The position numbers were made by a program, and so were the translations under genes. This document shows, piece after piece, positions 60,661 to 64,000 of a DNA stretch of 64,000 nt (its first letter is position 1; every line of letters starts with the position of its first letter). A model generated the notes under the pieces. It was not told where the DNA came from. It saw only the letters and a list, made by a program, of their open reading frames with translations, and searched no databases. Origin of the DNA: Nemertoderma westbladi (Eukaryota; Animalia; Xenacoelomorpha); assembly GCA_032718475.1 (NCBI GenBank), contig JAUCBJ010003987.1, positions 31,528 to 95,527 of the forward strand, given 5' to 3'.

Positions 60661-62670
60661 ATCTAGACGGTCACGGCCCTAAACCGATTAGGTTCTCTGT
60701 TCGCAGAACACCGAACACTATTCCGGCCACGGAACTAGTCCAGCAGAATGCCTTTATAGAATCCTGGGATTTGTGGGACGAGAGGATCTCAGCAACTAAG
60801 CGAAAACGAACAATAGGATGTTCCTAGACCCCCCCCCCCAAAATTTATCCAGAAGACTTTTCGCCATACATAATGTGTTAAAAAAGTCTACGGTTCTCCG
60901 GCTAGGGCCAATTTGAGTCAAAAAGACCGCTTCCCTAGCAACCACGTTGCTATGGAGATAAGTCCAGAACCGCTAATGCTACGGACTTGGGACCGGCGCC
61001 AATCGATAGGCAGCATATGGGTTTACCTTCAAGAGATTTTTTTTGGAGCGATCAGATCATGATCTTGACCATGATCAGCAAAGATCAGTTTTGATCAGCA
61101 ATCGGACACTCAAGGCTTGCTCCAATCGAAAAACTTAACATTACAAAAAGATTCAGCGACCCCACATTAGTCATGATTCCCGTTAAAAGATTTAAAAAAA
61201 AGTGAATTCTTCCCGGTCAAAACGCAAGATCATGATCGCGCAAAGATCGGACTTCGTAAAATCGTAACTAAGCATTTTGGATATAAACAATTACTGTAGG
61301 AAACGTTCAGAACACCGCCCTGAGTCGATTAAAAAAAAATTGGCTCGATCGGACAACCGGTTCTCGAGATCTGATACCTGATCATTAAAGATCAGATTTT
61401 TTAGTTTTTTCGGATTTTCTCGAAAACTTTGTTTGAGACCCCCGATTTTTTTTTTACGAATCGACTTCTATGATGAAGGGGCAACTTTTGAGCATTTCGA
61501 AATTTTCAAAAAGCGATTTGATCAGGCCGCGATCAGAAAAGATCGTGTTTTCGGTTTTATTTCGAAGACCAAGTCCTGGGAGTTCACCGTATGGAAAAAC
61601 TTAACATCACAAAAAGATTCCTCACCCTCGAATTATGGGGGGTAGCCAAAATTTGGGCATAAAAAAGTTCAAGTCTAGTGGGTCAAAACTCAAGATCATG
61701 ATCGCGAAAAGATCAGTATATTTAAAATCGAATCTAAGCATTTTTCTAATAAACATTCATTGTAAGAAATGTGCAATGGTCTATTCTGAGTTGATTAAAA
61801 AAAAAATTGGCTCGATCGGGCAACCAGTTCTCGAGATCAGCTTCCTGATCATAAAAGATCGTGTTTTTCGGTTTTTCCCGATTTTCTCGAAAACTTTGTT
61901 TGAGACCCCCGATTTTTTTTTTACTAATCGACTTCTATTAAGAAGGGGCAACTTTTGAGCATTTCAAAATTTTCAAAAAGCGATTTGATCAGGCCATGAT
62001 CAGGAAAGATCATGTTTTCGGTTTTATTTCGAAGACCAAGTCCTGTGAGTTCACCGTATGAAAAAACTTAACATTACAAAAAGATTCCTCACCCTCGAAT
62101 TAGGGGGGGTAGCCAAAATTTGACCATAAAAAAGTTCAATTCTAGGGGGTCAAAAGATCATGATCGCAAAATGATCAGTTTTTTCGTAATTACTTCTGAG
62201 CATTTTGGGGCAAAACTTTCAAACTAAAAAACATTCACTGGAGTGTTCTAAGTAGATTAAAAAATATTTCGACTCAATAGGCCTACCGGTACCGGAGATA
62301 TGGTCGTCCAAAGTCTGCTTCCGGTAATTCGAAAATATTTCGAAAACCCTTGATCGAATTTTTTCCTTGAAAATATGTGAATGTACAGTTAGTGGACCCG
62401 CATCTAACGATATATCACAATCCATATTTCGGATGACAGGTACCGGTGAAATCAGACTTTACCGAAAAAAATTCAAATTTTAGCTACTCATGTCTGACTA
62501 TCTCGAAAACTATAATAGGTATGGAAATACTTTCACTGCAAGAAATGTTCGCCTATCCAATGCGCTTCTAACTCTGTGCTCGGATTTTGCATAGTGTCAA
62601 AACCTACAACTTAACCCCCCCAGCGGAGGGAACGGAGTGACCGGAGCGCCAGTACTATCTTTCATTATTA
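60661..62670. repeat. About 2-kb unclassified non-coding element with an internal 467-bp tandem repeat (about 2.5 copies), rich in GATC
   Basis: CGATTTGATCAGGCC at 61514 and 61981. AAAATTGGCTCGATCGG near 61337 and 61803. Outer boundaries are uncertain. Confidence 0.65.
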
Positions 62671-64000
62671 TGAAGTAATAAGGGCGGTGGGTGGGGTAGG
62701 TGGTGAACACTATTTATAGGGTGGAGGGAGGGTCTAGTATATATTACTTTAGGATATTTGATTTCTTTGCAATATAGTTTAGCTGCCTCAGTCTTATTTG
62801 TAATATGTTATACATTATACCAAATTATATCAAGTTTTAACATACTACATTGTCTACCTGTAGGAGAAATATACAATGTAGGGCTCATAATATATTTATA
62901 AATAGATTTAGTATATTTACATTGTATAACAGAGTTAATTGATACTATTACGGTATTATACTAAAGACGCCGCTTTGATATATCTGATCAAATGGCAATT
63001 TCTTGTATATTATCTATTTCACTATCTTGGGTATATCATTCAATTTCTAAAACTATAATAATAAACATTTACTTCACTTCTTGTTTACTCGCATGGATAT
63101 ATTAATATAAAATACGTCAGTATAATATCTTATAGGGCCAAACGCAGATTAATCGGAATAATATGTTTAATTATTATTATTACAATTGGCACATTGAAGT
63201 AAGTAGTACATGAGTTTGATAAAATAATTATGAATCTGTATCTTATTCTACTTTGTCTATATGATTATGTTATATAATAATGTTACTTTATCACTTTGGT
63301 TTAAACCGATCTCCTTTACTATTACTTACTACTTATACTACTACTACTACTACTATTACTACTACTGCTACTGACTACTACAGAGTTATATATTATAAGA
63401 GGATGGGGTTCGTGATTATTAGTTATTATACAAGTGCCCCTCGGCTATAGAGAGTCCACCCTCGGTTGCTTACTGGGTCTATTGTGAAGAGAACAGCAAG
63501 GCCTCCCTGGTTGTATTACTGGTACTTGATATATTTTACATAAAAAGCGTGAAAATGTATACAACCAATTTTTGATTTTGATTTTTATGATTTGATTTTG
63601 AATTTGATAAACAACCTAAACAAAAGTTCAATATTTTTCAAACAAAAGTGTTTGCGAAGCTATCGCTACTCAGTTTTCGTAGTAAAAGATCACTGTTAAA
63701 GTTTCAGATTTGTAGCTTTATTAATATAAAAAAATAGAGTTGGGGTATTGGTCTCCATAATAAGGGTTTATGAACATAATTATGCATTTTTCACGTCCAT
63801 TCACCTATATTTAACTAGGGGTTGCCTGTTTGTTTTCTTAACTTATCGAAAGCATTTGATTCGTGTCAACCATTATAAATTATTGAAATTGCAAAAGTTA
63901 CTAATTATGGTGTATCGCACTCAGTAGTTAGGGTTCTATATTTCTGTTACTCATAGCAATAAATTTCCGTCTGTAGTTCCACAGTTGTTTCGAGATGGGG

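Noticed and set aside
61433-62425. ORFs in the 467-bp repeat
   Set aside because: Frames are not preserved between repeat copies and no domain is recognisable.

Overview
AT-rich, transposon-dense genomic DNA, most likely from an invertebrate animal; nothing suggests a prokaryotic source. The only clear host genes are four dispersed, single-ORF paralogues (3.4, 20.2, 46.2 and 55.9 kb). Each encodes a type II membrane protein with a Tyr-motif cytoplasmic tail, one TM helix, a coiled-coil stalk and a C-terminal fibrinogen-related domain (FReD). They form two N-terminal classes (Arg-in-TM and Glu-in-TM), yet their FReDs are homogenised across classes and vary mainly in the ligand-binding loops. 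This is the best candidate for an undescribed paired-receptor system. The rest is mobile DNA: an intact TTAA-flanked piggyBac; a near-intact CR1-group LINE and a 208-bp satellite nested in a decayed Mutator-like transposase; RTE and RTEX-like LINE fragments; a CACTA-like element holding a Harbinger MITE; a 2.4-kb foldback; tRNA-derived SINEs; a palindrome with two outward-facing tRNA heads; and a Penelope-like fragment with hammerhead-like motifs. All alignments were done by eye, so boundaries of decayed elements are approximate.
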